Position numbers and translations under genes: made by a program
Notes under the pieces: model-generated
The model's database searches: none
What the model was told of the DNA's origin: nothing
Seen by the model: the letters and a program-made list of their open reading frames with translations, nothing else
Part shown: positions 54,109-63,769 of the stretch, one piece after another
Layout of the letters: the number at the start of each line of letters is the position of its first letter
Position numbering within the stretch: position 1 is the first letter of the stretch
NCBI GenBank assembly: GCA_035559795.1
Contig: DATMAR010000012.1
Coordinates: forward strand, 426,664 to 490,663
Source of the DNA: Fimbriimonadales bacterium
GTDB taxonomy: Bacteria; Armatimonadota; Fimbriimonadia; Fimbriimonadales; ATM1
Length of the DNA stretch: 64,000 nt
Direction of reading: 5' to 3'

Positions 54109-54468
54109 ATGAAAACTTTAGGATTCACACTGATTAACATTCTCGCTACCATCGCGATTATCTTAATTTTAGCGAGCGTTTTGTACTATGGAATCGGAAA
54201 CAGCGCAGACACGCAACGAGCGGACAAATTAGGAAAAACGACGATAGGACGTGCAAAACTCCGCGCAAAAGATACGGAATGCCTGAGCAACCTGCGTCAA
54301 GTTCGCATGATGCTTCAAATGCAGCCCGAAGATAGCCCAGCGCAAAGCCTACAAGATATCAACCTTCCCGAGAAATTCAAGCATTGTCCCGTAGGAAACG
54401 AAAATTATGTATACGATCCTACTACGGGTCAGGTAACCTGCCCTCATCCGGGTCACGAACGTTATTAG
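54109..54468 (+). CDS. Small pilin-like membrane-anchored protein
   Basis: MKTLGFTLINILATIAIILILASV resembles a prepilin leader plus helix, but Asn replaces the conserved Glu5. C-terminal CPVG...CPHPGH. Confidence 0.5.
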   Translation: MKTLGFTLINILATIAIILILASVLYYGIGNSADTQRADKLGKTTIGRAKLRAKDTECLSNLRQVRMMLQMQPEDSPAQSLQDINLPEKFKHCPVGNENYVYDPTTGQVTCPHPGHERY

Positions 54469-55830
54469 ATGTTCAAAAAGGTTCTTGTTGCCAACCGAGG
54501 TGAGATTGCTTGCAGAATTATTCGCGCGTGTCATGAATTAGGTGTACGCGCAGTTGCAATCTACAGTGAAGCAGACCGCGATAGTCTGCATGTGAAACTT
54601 GCAGATGAAGCGGTCTGTGTCGGCCCCCCACCGAATTCCGAAAGTTACTTGAATATGCCTAATGTCTTGATGGCTGCGGTCATCAAAGAATGCGAAGCGG
54701 TACATCCCGGCTACGGATATTTCAGCGAACAACAACAATTCGCAGATGCCTTACAATCTTTGGGCATTCGCTTTATCGGACCCCCTGTAGAAACGATAGC
54801 GAGAATGGGAGATAAAGCGGAAGCGCGCGAGGCTGCACGGAAAGCGCGAATTCCTATAGTGCCTGGTTCGAATGGACCAGTCGGTTCCGTCGAGGAAGCA
54901 TTACGAGTTGCAAAAGAGTTAGGATATCCGGTTTTGATTAAAGCCGCTTTCGGGGGGGGCGGACGTGGAATCCGACGCGTGGAATCCGATGAAGAATTAG
55001 AACGTCTCCTTACACTCGCTTCGCAAGAAGCAGAAGCGAGTTTCGGCTCGGGAGCGACTTACATCGAAAAATGTCTCGAAAAACCCCGGCACGTCGAAGT
55101 GCAAGTCGTAGCGGATATGTACGGAAATTGTGTTCATTTGGGAGAACGTGAGTGCTCGATTCAAAATCTTAGACATCAAAAAATCGTCGAAGAAGCGCCT
55201 TTCGCTCTTTTAGACGACGATATCCGTAAAGATATCGGAGACGCGGCCGTTCGCCTCGCGAAATCCGTCGGATACGTGAACGCAGGAACAATAGAATTTC
55301 TCATGGACTCTGTCGGAAATTATTACTTCATCGAGATGAACACACGCTTGCAAGTGGAGCACCCTGTCACGGAAGAAATTACAGGAATCGATATCGTGAA
55401 ACTCATGCTCCGTATCGCGGCAGGCGAAGAACTTCCCTTTTCTCAAGAAGACATTCGCTTCGGAGGGCATGCGATCGAAGCGAGAATTACTGCACAAGAC
55501 CCTGATAACAACTTCGCTCCCTCATGCGGTGTAATCACCCATTGGTCTCCACCGAAAGGAAACGACATTCGCTTAGACACCCACGTCTACGAGGGATTCG
55601 AAGTAACGCCTTTTTACGATCCGCTGATTGCGAAACTTATCGTAAAAGGTTATAACCGAGAAGAGACGGTGCGAAAATTAACGAATGCGTTAGAAGAATT
55701 CGAAGTACGAGGAGTGCAAACGAATTTGCCATTCCTTCGACGCCTCACGAAAGAAAAGCGTTTCATTCGTGGAGAACTGCACACGAATTTCGTGGAAGAG
55801 TTTTTAGGGCAGGTGGAAAATGTCGTCTAA
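54469..55830 (+). CDS. accC: Acetyl-CoA carboxylase biotin carboxylase subunit
   Basis: MFKKVLVANRGEIACRIIRA, the ATP-grasp GGGGRG loop and EMNTRLQVEH. Confidence 0.95.
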   Translation: MFKKVLVANRGEIACRIIRACHELGVRAVAIYSEADRDSLHVKLADEAVCVGPPPNSESYLNMPNVLMAAVIKECEAVHPGYGYFSEQQQFADALQSLGIRFIGPPVETIARMGDKAEAREAARKARIPIVPGSNGPVGSVEEALRVAKELGYPVLIKAAFGGGGRGIRRVESDEELERLLTLASQEAEASFGSGATYIEKCLEKPRHVEVQVVADMYGNCVHLGERECSIQNLRHQKIVEEAPFALLDDDIRKDIGDAAVRLAKSVGYVNAGTIEFLMDSVGNYYFIEMNTRLQVEHPVTEEITGIDIVKLMLRIAAGEELPFSQEDIRFGGHAIEARITAQDPDNNFAPSCGVITHWSPPKGNDIRLDTHVYEGFEVTPFYDPLIAKLIVKGYNREETVRKLTNALEEFEVRGVQTNLPFLRRLTKEKRFIRGELHTNFVEEFLGQVENVV

Positions 55831-56251
55831 TTCGAGACGACGCGCGCGTTATGTCGCATTCCGTGCGCTCTATCAAATGGATATCGCGGGAGTAACTATA
55901 GAAGAAGCATTGAAGGACGCTCAAGAACAAGCAAAACTCGGAGCGGAAGGTCGCAATTTCAGTGCACGACTCGCTTTAGGCGCAGCACAACATCTCGAAG
56001 AAATTGACTCATGGATTGAAAAACTCGCGGAAGGATACTCACTCGAACGCTTAGCCGCAGTCGATAGAGCCATTCTCCGATTAGGGCTTTATGAACTTCT
56101 TTACGAAAAAGAAACCCCCCCTGCCGTCGTGATTAACGAAGCGGTAGAACTCGCAAAAGAATATTCCACAGAACACAGCGGCGCCTTCGTGAATGGTATT
56201 CTTGGAACGTTTCATAAACTACGACAAACAGAATCCGCTTCACCGACATAG
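55820..56251 (+). CDS. nusB: Transcription antitermination factor NusB
   Basis: RRRARYVAFRALYQ and AVDRAILRLGLYEL motifs. Confidence 0.9.
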   Translation: MSSNSRRRARYVAFRALYQMDIAGVTIEEALKDAQEQAKLGAEGRNFSARLALGAAQHLEEIDSWIEKLAEGYSLERLAAVDRAILRLGLYELLYEKETPPAVVINEAVELAKEYSTEHSGAFVNGILGTFHKLRQTESASPT

Positions 56252-56286
56252 AACCCAAACAACACAACGCCCCTATACAGTCATCA

Positions 56287-57162
56287 ATGAATGCAAAAAC
56301 AAAAGCGATAATTCTCGACGGCAAAAGTCTGAGCGCGAAAATCCGTGAAGAACTCAAATTGCGCGCGCAAAAACTTCGCGAAAAAGGCATCATTCCACGT
56401 CTTGACGTTTTCGTATCCGCAGAAGACCCAGCAAGTCAAGCCTATGTGCGAATGAAACGGCGATTCGGAAACGAAATCGGAGTAGTAGGGGAACAATACG
56501 AAATTACGAGTGAAACTTCGCGTTCATGGGTTTTAGACAAAATCGCTGAACTCAATGAAAACCCCGAAGTGCACGGCATCCTCGTGCAACATCCATTACC
56601 GAAAACATTCGACGAAAATGAAATTCTCTTCGCGCTCGGACCGAAAAAAGATGTAGACGGCATTTCTCCCCAATCGCTCGGTCTGCTTCTCACAGGAGGC
56701 AAAGGTTTTCGATGTGCAACCCCCCTCGGCATGATGCGGCTCCTCGACGAATATGGTCTTTCCTGCGAAGGGAAACAAGCGGTGGTCATCGGTAGAAGTG
56801 TAATCCTGGGAAAACCAGCCGCACTCATGCTTTTAGAGCGAAACGCAACCGTCACGATATGCCATTCCAAAACTAAAAACTTGGATGACCATTGCCGCCA
56901 AGCAGACATCCTCGTAGCAGCAGTCGGAAAACCCGAAATGATAAAAGGGGATTGGATAAAGCCAGGTGCTATCGTATTGGATGCGGGTTACAATAAAGTA
57001 CCAGGACGGAGCGGTGATGTAGGAGATGTCGAATTCGAAAAGGCATCGCAGATTGCGGGATGGATAACACCTGTACCTGGAGGTATAGGTCCTATGACCG
57101 TAGCCATGCTTCTCTCGAACACCCTCGACGCTGCCGAAATGCTGACCGGATCGTATAAATGA
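56287..57162 (+). CDS. folD: Bifunctional methylenetetrahydrofolate dehydrogenase/cyclohydrolase
   Basis: ILDGK..S, VVIGRSVILGKP and TPVPGGIGPMT motifs. Confidence 0.95.
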   Translation: MNAKTKAIILDGKSLSAKIREELKLRAQKLREKGIIPRLDVFVSAEDPASQAYVRMKRRFGNEIGVVGEQYEITSETSRSWVLDKIAELNENPEVHGILVQHPLPKTFDENEILFALGPKKDVDGISPQSLGLLLTGGKGFRCATPLGMMRLLDEYGLSCEGKQAVVIGRSVILGKPAALMLLERNATVTICHSKTKNLDDHCRQADILVAAVGKPEMIKGDWIKPGAIVLDAGYNKVPGRSGDVGDVEFEKASQIAGWITPVPGGIGPMTVAMLLSNTLDAAEMLTGSYK

Positions 57163-57204
57163 AACCTTTGTATAGGAAACCGTCGTTATGAATTAGGAGG
57201 ATTT

Positions 57205-58041
57205 ATGAGCATTGTAAAAACCGGATTTCTGATGCTTCTCCTTTCTGCCCTATTACTCGCCATCGGCGTAATGGTCGGAAGAGAAGGGGGCTTAGTAGTC
57301 GCTTTAGTCATCGCTTTCGTGATGAATTTCGGGATGTATTTCTTCGGGGAGAAGATTGCGCTAACGATGGCACAAGCGCGTCCTCTACCTCGTTCGGAAG
57401 CTCCATGGCTATATGAAGCGATGGAAGAACTCTGTCGAAGAGCAGGAATCCCTGCTATACCGCTTTATTACTCTCCTGACCCCCAACCGAATGCCTTTGC
57501 GTGCGGGCGAGGACCTGGAGCCGCTGCGATTTGCGTTAATGCGGGTTTGTTGAACTCTATGAGTCAGCGCGAAGTGGTTGGTGTTTTGGCGCATGAAATC
57601 GCACACGTGAAAAACCGCGACACGCTCATCATGACTATCGCCGCTGCCATCGGCACGGCAATCATGTTTCTCAGCCGCATGGCTCTTTTCTTCGGAGGCG
57701 ACGAGGAGCGTCCTAATCCGATCGCCGCGATAACGATAATGATTTTAGGTCCGCTTGCCGCGCTTTTGATTCAAATGGCAGTAAGCCGAGCGCGTGAATA
57801 CGCGGCGGATGCGCTCGGTGCGAAACTCTTGGGCGACCCGCATCCTCTTGCCGACGCTTTGGAAACTTTAGGTGCATCCGTTGCAAGAATCCCACCTCGC
57901 ACAGCACATCCTGAAACTGCACACATGTATATTGCCAATCCTTTCTCGGGTGGAGGATTTCTGCAACTTTTCAGCACCCATCCGCCACTTCAAGAGAGGG
58001 TTCGCCGACTCAGAACGAATCAATATCTTCAAGAATTATAA
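57205..58041 (+). CDS. htpX: Zinc metalloprotease HtpX (M48B)
   Basis: HEIAHVKNRD, 4 TM helices and the C-terminal STHPPLQERV. Confidence 0.92.
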   Translation: MSIVKTGFLMLLLSALLLAIGVMVGREGGLVVALVIAFVMNFGMYFFGEKIALTMAQARPLPRSEAPWLYEAMEELCRRAGIPAIPLYYSPDPQPNAFACGRGPGAAAICVNAGLLNSMSQREVVGVLAHEIAHVKNRDTLIMTIAAAIGTAIMFLSRMALFFGGDEERPNPIAAITIMILGPLAALLIQMAVSRAREYAADALGAKLLGDPHPLADALETLGASVARIPPRTAHPETAHMYIANPFSGGGFLQLFSTHPPLQERVRRLRTNQYLQEL

Positions 58042-58133
58042 ATCTCTCGCGAATCGACTATTCGAGGGAACTTCTCGAAAAGATAAACACGTAACTTTGT
58101 ATAACCTTTCGCTCCATGGAGGTTTGTCGAAAG

Positions 58134-59063
58134 ATGAACAAAATAACTCTATTTTTGGTCAGCCTTGGATTGATGAGTGGGGCATTAGCCGGTTGTGGAG
58201 GAGCGGCGAATGCAGTAAACCCAGATAAAGAGAAACAACTTTCCTCCAACCTCGACCAAACAGCCCATCCCTCGGAAGAGCAAGTTTCCGACACTTCGAA
58301 ATCCGACATTTCGAAAAAGGCAGATTTCCCCGCCGAGTTTACGGATAAACCTAAATCCGAAGAGCCTAAAGGCTTGAAGTCAGGCAAAGTCGAAAACGCC
58401 TCTAAGGTGCCTGCTATTTCTTCCAAAACCCTCAAGCAAGAACCCAGAAGCGGCGGAGGGGTAGGAAGACAAGAAGGTCAAGACCGTCCTCGCTTCGGGC
58501 AGGGCGGAATGGGCAGAAGAGGCGGATACTTCGGATTGCTTCGCAGAGACGATGTTCGCAAAGAACTCAAACTCACCCAAGAACAAATCGCAAAAATCGA
58601 GGCTTTATCAGAGCAGTTTCGAGGACAACCAGGGCAACGCGACCCGCAAGGTGCCCGCGACCCGAATGCCATGCGAGAGCGCTTGCAAAAAATGGAAGCG
58701 GCAATCAAAGAAATTCTGAATGCGGAGCAGTTCAAGCGCCTACAAGAACTGCGCCTGCAACTCGAAGGTCCTTCTGCAATTGCCCGACCGGAAGTGCAAG
58801 AAAAACTGGGACTGAGCGAAGCGCAGAAAAAACAAATCGAAGAAATCTTGAATAAATCTCAAGAAGAAATGCGTGCATTGTTCCAGCAAGGCGGTGGGGC
58901 AGGTGGTCGTCAAGAAGCAATGGAAGCTATTCGCAAAATACGTGAAGAGACTGACAAGAAAATTCTCGCAGTTCTAACCGAAGAGCAGAGAAAGAAATGG
59001 GAGACGATGTTAGGAAAACCCTTCAAGTTCGAAAATCCTCCTCCACGTAACCGCAAAAAATAA
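58134..59063 (+). CDS. Lipoprotein with LTXXQ repeats (Spy/CpxP/ZraP-like periplasmic chaperone family)
   Basis: Lipobox signal MNKITLFLVSLGLMSGALAGC. A disordered region follows, then a helical region with LTQEQ, LSEAQ and LTEEQ. Confidence 0.55.
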   Translation: MNKITLFLVSLGLMSGALAGCGGAANAVNPDKEKQLSSNLDQTAHPSEEQVSDTSKSDISKKADFPAEFTDKPKSEEPKGLKSGKVENASKVPAISSKTLKQEPRSGGGVGRQEGQDRPRFGQGGMGRRGGYFGLLRRDDVRKELKLTQEQIAKIEALSEQFRGQPGQRDPQGARDPNAMRERLQKMEAAIKEILNAEQFKRLQELRLQLEGPSAIARPEVQEKLGLSEAQKKQIEEILNKSQEEMRALFQQGGGAGGRQEAMEAIRKIREETDKKILAVLTEEQRKKWETMLGKPFKFENPPPRNRKK

Positions 59064-59086
59064 CCTGCCAAATCGTTACCGTTACG

Positions 59087-59127
59087 ACGACACGGGGTAA
59101 AACCCGTGTCGTTTTTTCGTTTTTTTG
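59087..59127 (+). terminator. Rho-independent terminator
   Basis: ACGACACGGG-6 nt loop-CCCGTGTCGT followed by TTTTTTCGTTTTTTT. Confidence 0.85.
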
Positions 59128-59148
59128 AGAGTATTCTGAAATTCATAC

Positions 59149-61371
59149 ATGAAAACTCCGAAGAATTTTCGTTTCGTCTTCGGCTTTCATATGCACTGGA
59201 CGGGAATGGTTTGGGAATGGGGGCTCGACACGCTTTCGAACAGCATCCGATGCCTAAGAAGAACCCTCGAAGAAACAGGACTCAAAGCGGGATTGAACTT
59301 AGACGGGAAAGGAATCGAAGAATTAGCAATCACCGACCCGGAGGCGATTGCATGGATAAAGGATTCTCTATCGCGAGACATTCTCGAAATATGGGGGGGC
59401 ACATATACGCAGCCTTACGGAATCCTAACCGGAACAGAAAGCAACATCCAACAATTCCTTTTCGGAATTCGAGCAATGAGAAACGCACTCGGAGAAACAC
59501 CTAAAATCTTTTCCGAAGAGGAAATTCACTTTTTCCCGCAACTTCCCCAAATCCTAAAACAACTCGGTTACGAAGGAGCACTGCTATTTCCGCAACACAC
59601 ATGGTCGACCCCCACCTTCCCGAAAGAAAAAGAGGCAATGATACGATGGAAAGGAATCGGCGGAAGCGAAATTTACGCAATTCCGTATTCCGAACGCTGC
59701 CTGATGAGAGGAATACCTACGATAGCACGCACTCTTCGTGACGTCATTGCAAACGAACCCGATGAACCTCTTATGATTACGTGGCTCGAAATTTTAGACA
59801 AACCGGATTGGATGTGGAGAACGGAATATGTACTTCCCTATCTAAAAGATATGCTCCAGGAAAAGGATTTTGTAACGAAACCGCAACTTCTCGAAGAATT
59901 TTTCGAAACACATCGCAATGAAAAATCTATTCCTGCAAAAGAATACACTTTGGATGAAACGTTCCATGGGATTTCCGTAGGAAAAAATGGAGACGTCCTA
60001 CCGAAACTTTGGCGGCAAGCCGAACGAACCATCACGCGCGCCGAATATCTCGCCGCATGGTGCAGTTTTCTCGGTCAGCCCTATCCGCAATTTTCGAGTT
60101 ATCCGGAATGGCAACTTCATGAAGCGTGGAAAAACCTTCTTTGTTCTCAGGGGCACGATGCCTTCGAATGTCAAGGACTAACCGACCACGTGGGAAGGCG
60201 TTACGCGCAAACCGCAATCATGCTATCGCAAGACATCGTTCGACGTTGCGGGAAACGACTCGACCAAGTTTTCGGAAAACGTAAAAGCGAACCGACTCCC
60301 AGAGAATACGAAGAAAGCGGAGAACGTCTTTTCATAAAAAATACAAACGGCAAGACCGCTATTTCACTAAATACCGGCGAAATCGTCGAAATGAAAATGG
60401 ATGGCTTTTCTTTTCTTTCGGAACCGTTCGGGTTACCGATGCATGCAAAGATTACTACCCCCCCACGAGTCGTGAAACACGAAGAAGGGCTATTCGTGAC
60501 TTCTGAATTCGTAATCCCGTGCGGGCGAGGAGTTTTGAAATGGCACGCACCTCATGATAGCGAGTTTCTTCGTGGACAAATCATGCTTCAATTCCAAGAA
60601 AAACCGAAAACGGGCATTCTCGAATCCGTCTTCCTCCCTTTACGACCTTCCTTTCCCATTCGTGCTTTGAAAGTGGATACCCCTTTCGCCGTCGTCCAAC
60701 TCCATCCGAACGGAGAATGGCTTCATCGGCAACCTACAGGACATTGGCTCACGAGCCCTCAAATCGAAGAATGGATTCCAAAGCCAATAGTGCATCAATC
60801 CTTCGTTTTCCTCGAAGGAGAAAGGGGGGGGCTGCAATACGTCTCCGCACAAAACAGCCTCGCTCTTGCCAAAGAAAACGGAATGGACGCGGTTTTATAC
60901 AACGTGGATGCATGGGATGGAGAAAATTGGTTACCCCAGGCGACTATGGATTTCGCATTAATTCCTCATCTCCCAAACGTGAGCAACATGGATTTGTTAG
61001 AGTGCGCAGAACTTGCGTTAGGATGGCATCCGTTAGGAAAAGAAACGAGAGGAGAAAATTTTCTCGTTTCTATCCAGGAAGGAAAAGCATCTCTTTCCGC
61101 TGTCCGTAAAATCGGAGAAGAATTGGAGATTCGTCTTTTCGAAACGGAAGGAAAAGAACAAAATATCCGCCTCCTTTTCCCATGGAAGATAGAAATTGCG
61201 CGAGCCGTAAGTCCTTTAGGAGACGAGTGCGATAAATCGCTCGCAATCGAAAACTCCTTGCTCGGATTTTCGCTATCTCCCTATGAAATCTTGACTTTGC
61301 GTTTGCTTTTCGAAGGGAAACGAACGGAATATTTCGATATCGACTCGTATCGAAACATATGGGTCGGATAA
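59149..61371 (+). CDS. Hypothetical protein, possibly a GH38/GH57-like glycoside hydrolase fold
   Basis: FGFHMHW...LEIWGGTYTQP loosely resembles the GH38 N-domain (HxHxDxxW ... GxLExxGGxW), but the Asp is not conserved. Weak call. Confidence 0.3.
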   Translation: MKTPKNFRFVFGFHMHWTGMVWEWGLDTLSNSIRCLRRTLEETGLKAGLNLDGKGIEELAITDPEAIAWIKDSLSRDILEIWGGTYTQPYGILTGTESNIQQFLFGIRAMRNALGETPKIFSEEEIHFFPQLPQILKQLGYEGALLFPQHTWSTPTFPKEKEAMIRWKGIGGSEIYAIPYSERCLMRGIPTIARTLRDVIANEPDEPLMITWLEILDKPDWMWRTEYVLPYLKDMLQEKDFVTKPQLLEEFFETHRNEKSIPAKEYTLDETFHGISVGKNGDVLPKLWRQAERTITRAEYLAAWCSFLGQPYPQFSSYPEWQLHEAWKNLLCSQGHDAFECQGLTDHVGRRYAQTAIMLSQDIVRRCGKRLDQVFGKRKSEPTPREYEESGERLFIKNTNGKTAISLNTGEIVEMKMDGFSFLSEPFGLPMHAKITTPPRVVKHEEGLFVTSEFVIPCGRGVLKWHAPHDSEFLRGQIMLQFQEKPKTGILESVFLPLRPSFPIRALKVDTPFAVVQLHPNGEWLHRQPTGHWLTSPQIEEWIPKPIVHQSFVFLEGERGGLQYVSAQNSLALAKENGMDAVLYNVDAWDGENWLPQATMDFALIPHLPNVSNMDLLECAELALGWHPLGKETRGENFLVSIQEGKASLSAVRKIGEELEIRLFETEGKEQNIRLLFPWKIEIARAVSPLGDECDKSLAIENSLLGFSLSPYEILTLRLLFEGKRTEYFDIDSYRNIWVG

Positions 61372-61381
61372 CTTTTTCCCA

Positions 61382-62428
61382 TCAATGGGAATAAATATCC
61401 GTTTCTGGCGATACCTTTCCTTTGAATGCGCGGAACAAGTGCACGAAATAAAAAACTGCCAACACGATCGCTATCCCCCACCATATAATGCCCACTTTCA
61501 AACTGAGAGGACCAGCAGCAGCGTTGTGTATCGTCAAATCGAATTCACGATTAATCGTCGAAGTGAGCATCGTGGGATACAAACCTGCAGCCGTCGCTGC
61601 AAGCATGCAAACAATAAAGCCAGCAGAGGATAAAAACGCCAAGAGATCGCGTTTTCTAACGACGAACAGCGGAATCAACACCGTCGAAACAATCACGCCG
61701 AAAGCGAGAACCCACGTCCATGGTCGCCCGAGGAGATTTCGGTACAAATCAGGGCGCACCTGCGCAGTTGCAATTGTCGTTAAAACACCGACGAGAACCA
61801 TCACGAACCAAAGCGGAAGGCACAGCGATTGCGAACGTTTCTGCACTTCTCCGGAAGTTTTATAGGAAAGAAAAAGCGCCCCATGCAAAGTCAACACCAC
61901 GAGAGCGAATACACCTACAGTGACGGTGTACCAGTCCAAAACTCCCGGGTTTTCGCTGACTCGAAAATCGGTAAAAAGAGGTCCCGAAAAGTATCCCGTT
62001 TCACCGATGGGCACGCCTCGTATTACGTTGCCGAGCGCGGCGCCTAAAATAATTGCCATGAGAGAAGAAGAGAAAAAGAACGCCCCATCCCAAAAACTTC
62101 GCCACAATGCGTTCGTTTCTAATCCTCGAAACTCGATAGAAATCCCTCGAAGAATCAAAAGCCATAACGCCATGATAAGCGGCAAATAAAAACCGCTAAA
62201 CCCGACTGCATAAGCCTTCGGAAAAGCAAAAACGAGTACCCCCCCTCCGGCAAGCAGCCATACTTCGTTACCGTCCCAGAAGGGCCCAATTGCATTGATG
62301 ACGGTTCGCCTCTCACCTTCGTTTTTCGCAACGAAAAGATGAAGAATGCCCGCTCCGAAGTCGAACCCGTCTAAAACCACATAAACGGCGAGCATGGCAG
62401 CGATGATGAAAAACCACACAGTTTCCAT
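61382..62428 (-). CDS. cydB: Cytochrome bd ubiquinol oxidase subunit II
   Basis: N-terminus WFFIIAAMLAVYVVLDGFDFGAG and about 8 TM helices. It directly follows cydA. Confidence 0.93.
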   Translation of the reverse strand: METVWFFIIAAMLAVYVVLDGFDFGAGILHLFVAKNEGERRTVINAIGPFWDGNEVWLLAGGGVLVFAFPKAYAVGFSGFYLPLIMALWLLILRGISIEFRGLETNALWRSFWDGAFFFSSSLMAIILGAALGNVIRGVPIGETGYFSGPLFTDFRVSENPGVLDWYTVTVGVFALVVLTLHGALFLSYKTSGEVQKRSQSLCLPLWFVMVLVGVLTTIATAQVRPDLYRNLLGRPWTWVLAFGVIVSTVLIPLFVVRKRDLLAFLSSAGFIVCMLAATAAGLYPTMLTSTINREFDLTIHNAAAGPLSLKVGIIWWGIAIVLAVFYFVHLFRAFKGKVSPETDIYSH

Positions 62429-63769
62429 TTATGCTCCCCCCCCTATGATCATCGCCTCTTCTGGACCTTTGGCGATCACCTTTCCGATGAGATACAAAAA
62501 CAAAACTCCGATGACCAAATACATCCCCATAAATCCGAGGGAACTGAATGCGATGTTTCCTCCGCTCACGAGTTCGGAATTTCCTTCGCTCGTTCGAAAC
62601 AATCCATAAATCAACCAAGGCTGACGCCCGAGTTCTGCCACGAGCCAACCCATGCTGTTGGCAATGTAAGGAAAAGGAAAAGCGCACATCAAGATCCACA
62701 GCATCGCTCGGGATTGGAAAAGTGTGTTTCTCCAAAGTTTGATGCCCGAAATTAACATGAGCAAAATAAATATCGTCCCTAATCCGACCATGATATGATA
62801 AGCGTAATAAAGCAACTCGATGTTATCGGGAATTTCGTCTTCGGGAAAATCGTTGAGTCCCTTCACCACCGCGCCGAACGAACCGTAGGCGAGATAACTA
62901 AGCACATAAGGTACGTAGATAGGGTTTTCTAATCGCCGGTTGACCACATCCGGCTGCCCTATAATTGCGAGTTCCGCTTTATCCCCTGTTTCGAATTTCC
63001 CTTCCATTGCCGCTAATGCAGCAGGTTGATATTTCGCCACCATTTTTCCATGGAAATCTCCCGTAGGGAACAATAGTCCTACACATGAAATAAATCCTGA
63101 TATCACTCCGACTTTCAAAAAGATTTTTCCTTGCTTTTCGAAACGATTGGAAAGAAGATAAAACGCTCCCACCGCAGACATCACGAACGAGGCAGTTACT
63201 ACGGAAGCATTCATGTTGTGTAAGTACTGCCAAATTGCCCATGGATTGAAAAGATAGAGCCACATATCCGCAAGTTGCAAAGTGTTTTCCGAAGTCATTC
63301 GATAACCAACGGGATACTGCATGAATGCATTCGTAGCGATAATGAAATATCCTGATAGCCAAGCGCCTAAAAAGACCATAACGGCAGCAAATAGATGCCC
63401 TTTGGCGCTGAGTCGTTTTTCCCCGAATAAAAATAAACCTAAAAAGGCGGATTCTGCGAAGAAAGCGAACAGCCCTTCCAAGGCAAGTGTGAGACCGATT
63501 ACCCCACCCGAATAAGTGGAAAAACGAGCCCAATTCGTGCCGAATTGAAACTCCAAAGGAATGCCAGTAACGACGCCTACGACGAAATTGATTGCAAAAA
63601 TGCGCGCCCAAAACTGCGCAGCGCGATTGTAAGCATCGTCACCCTTTCGAAGAGCAAGAATTTTCAGCACCACGATGAGAAGCGCCAAACCCATCGTAAG
63701 CTGCGGGAAAATGTAATGATACGTCGCTAAAAAACCGAATTGAAATCTTCCCCAAGTCAATGCATCCAT
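62429..63769 (-). CDS. cydA: Cytochrome bd ubiquinol oxidase subunit I (short Q-loop type)
   Basis: RFQFGFLATYHYIFPQLTMG, the GRQPW motif (ELGRQPWLIYG), 446 aa. Confidence 0.93.
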   Translation of the reverse strand: MDALTWGRFQFGFLATYHYIFPQLTMGLALLIVVLKILALRKGDDAYNRAAQFWARIFAINFVVGVVTGIPLEFQFGTNWARFSTYSGGVIGLTLALEGLFAFFAESAFLGLFLFGEKRLSAKGHLFAAVMVFLGAWLSGYFIIATNAFMQYPVGYRMTSENTLQLADMWLYLFNPWAIWQYLHNMNASVVTASFVMSAVGAFYLLSNRFEKQGKIFLKVGVISGFISCVGLLFPTGDFHGKMVAKYQPAALAAMEGKFETGDKAELAIIGQPDVVNRRLENPIYVPYVLSYLAYGSFGAVVKGLNDFPEDEIPDNIELLYYAYHIMVGLGTIFILLMLISGIKLWRNTLFQSRAMLWILMCAFPFPYIANSMGWLVAELGRQPWLIYGLFRTSEGNSELVSGGNIAFSSLGFMGMYLVIGVLFLYLIGKVIAKGPEEAMIIGGGA

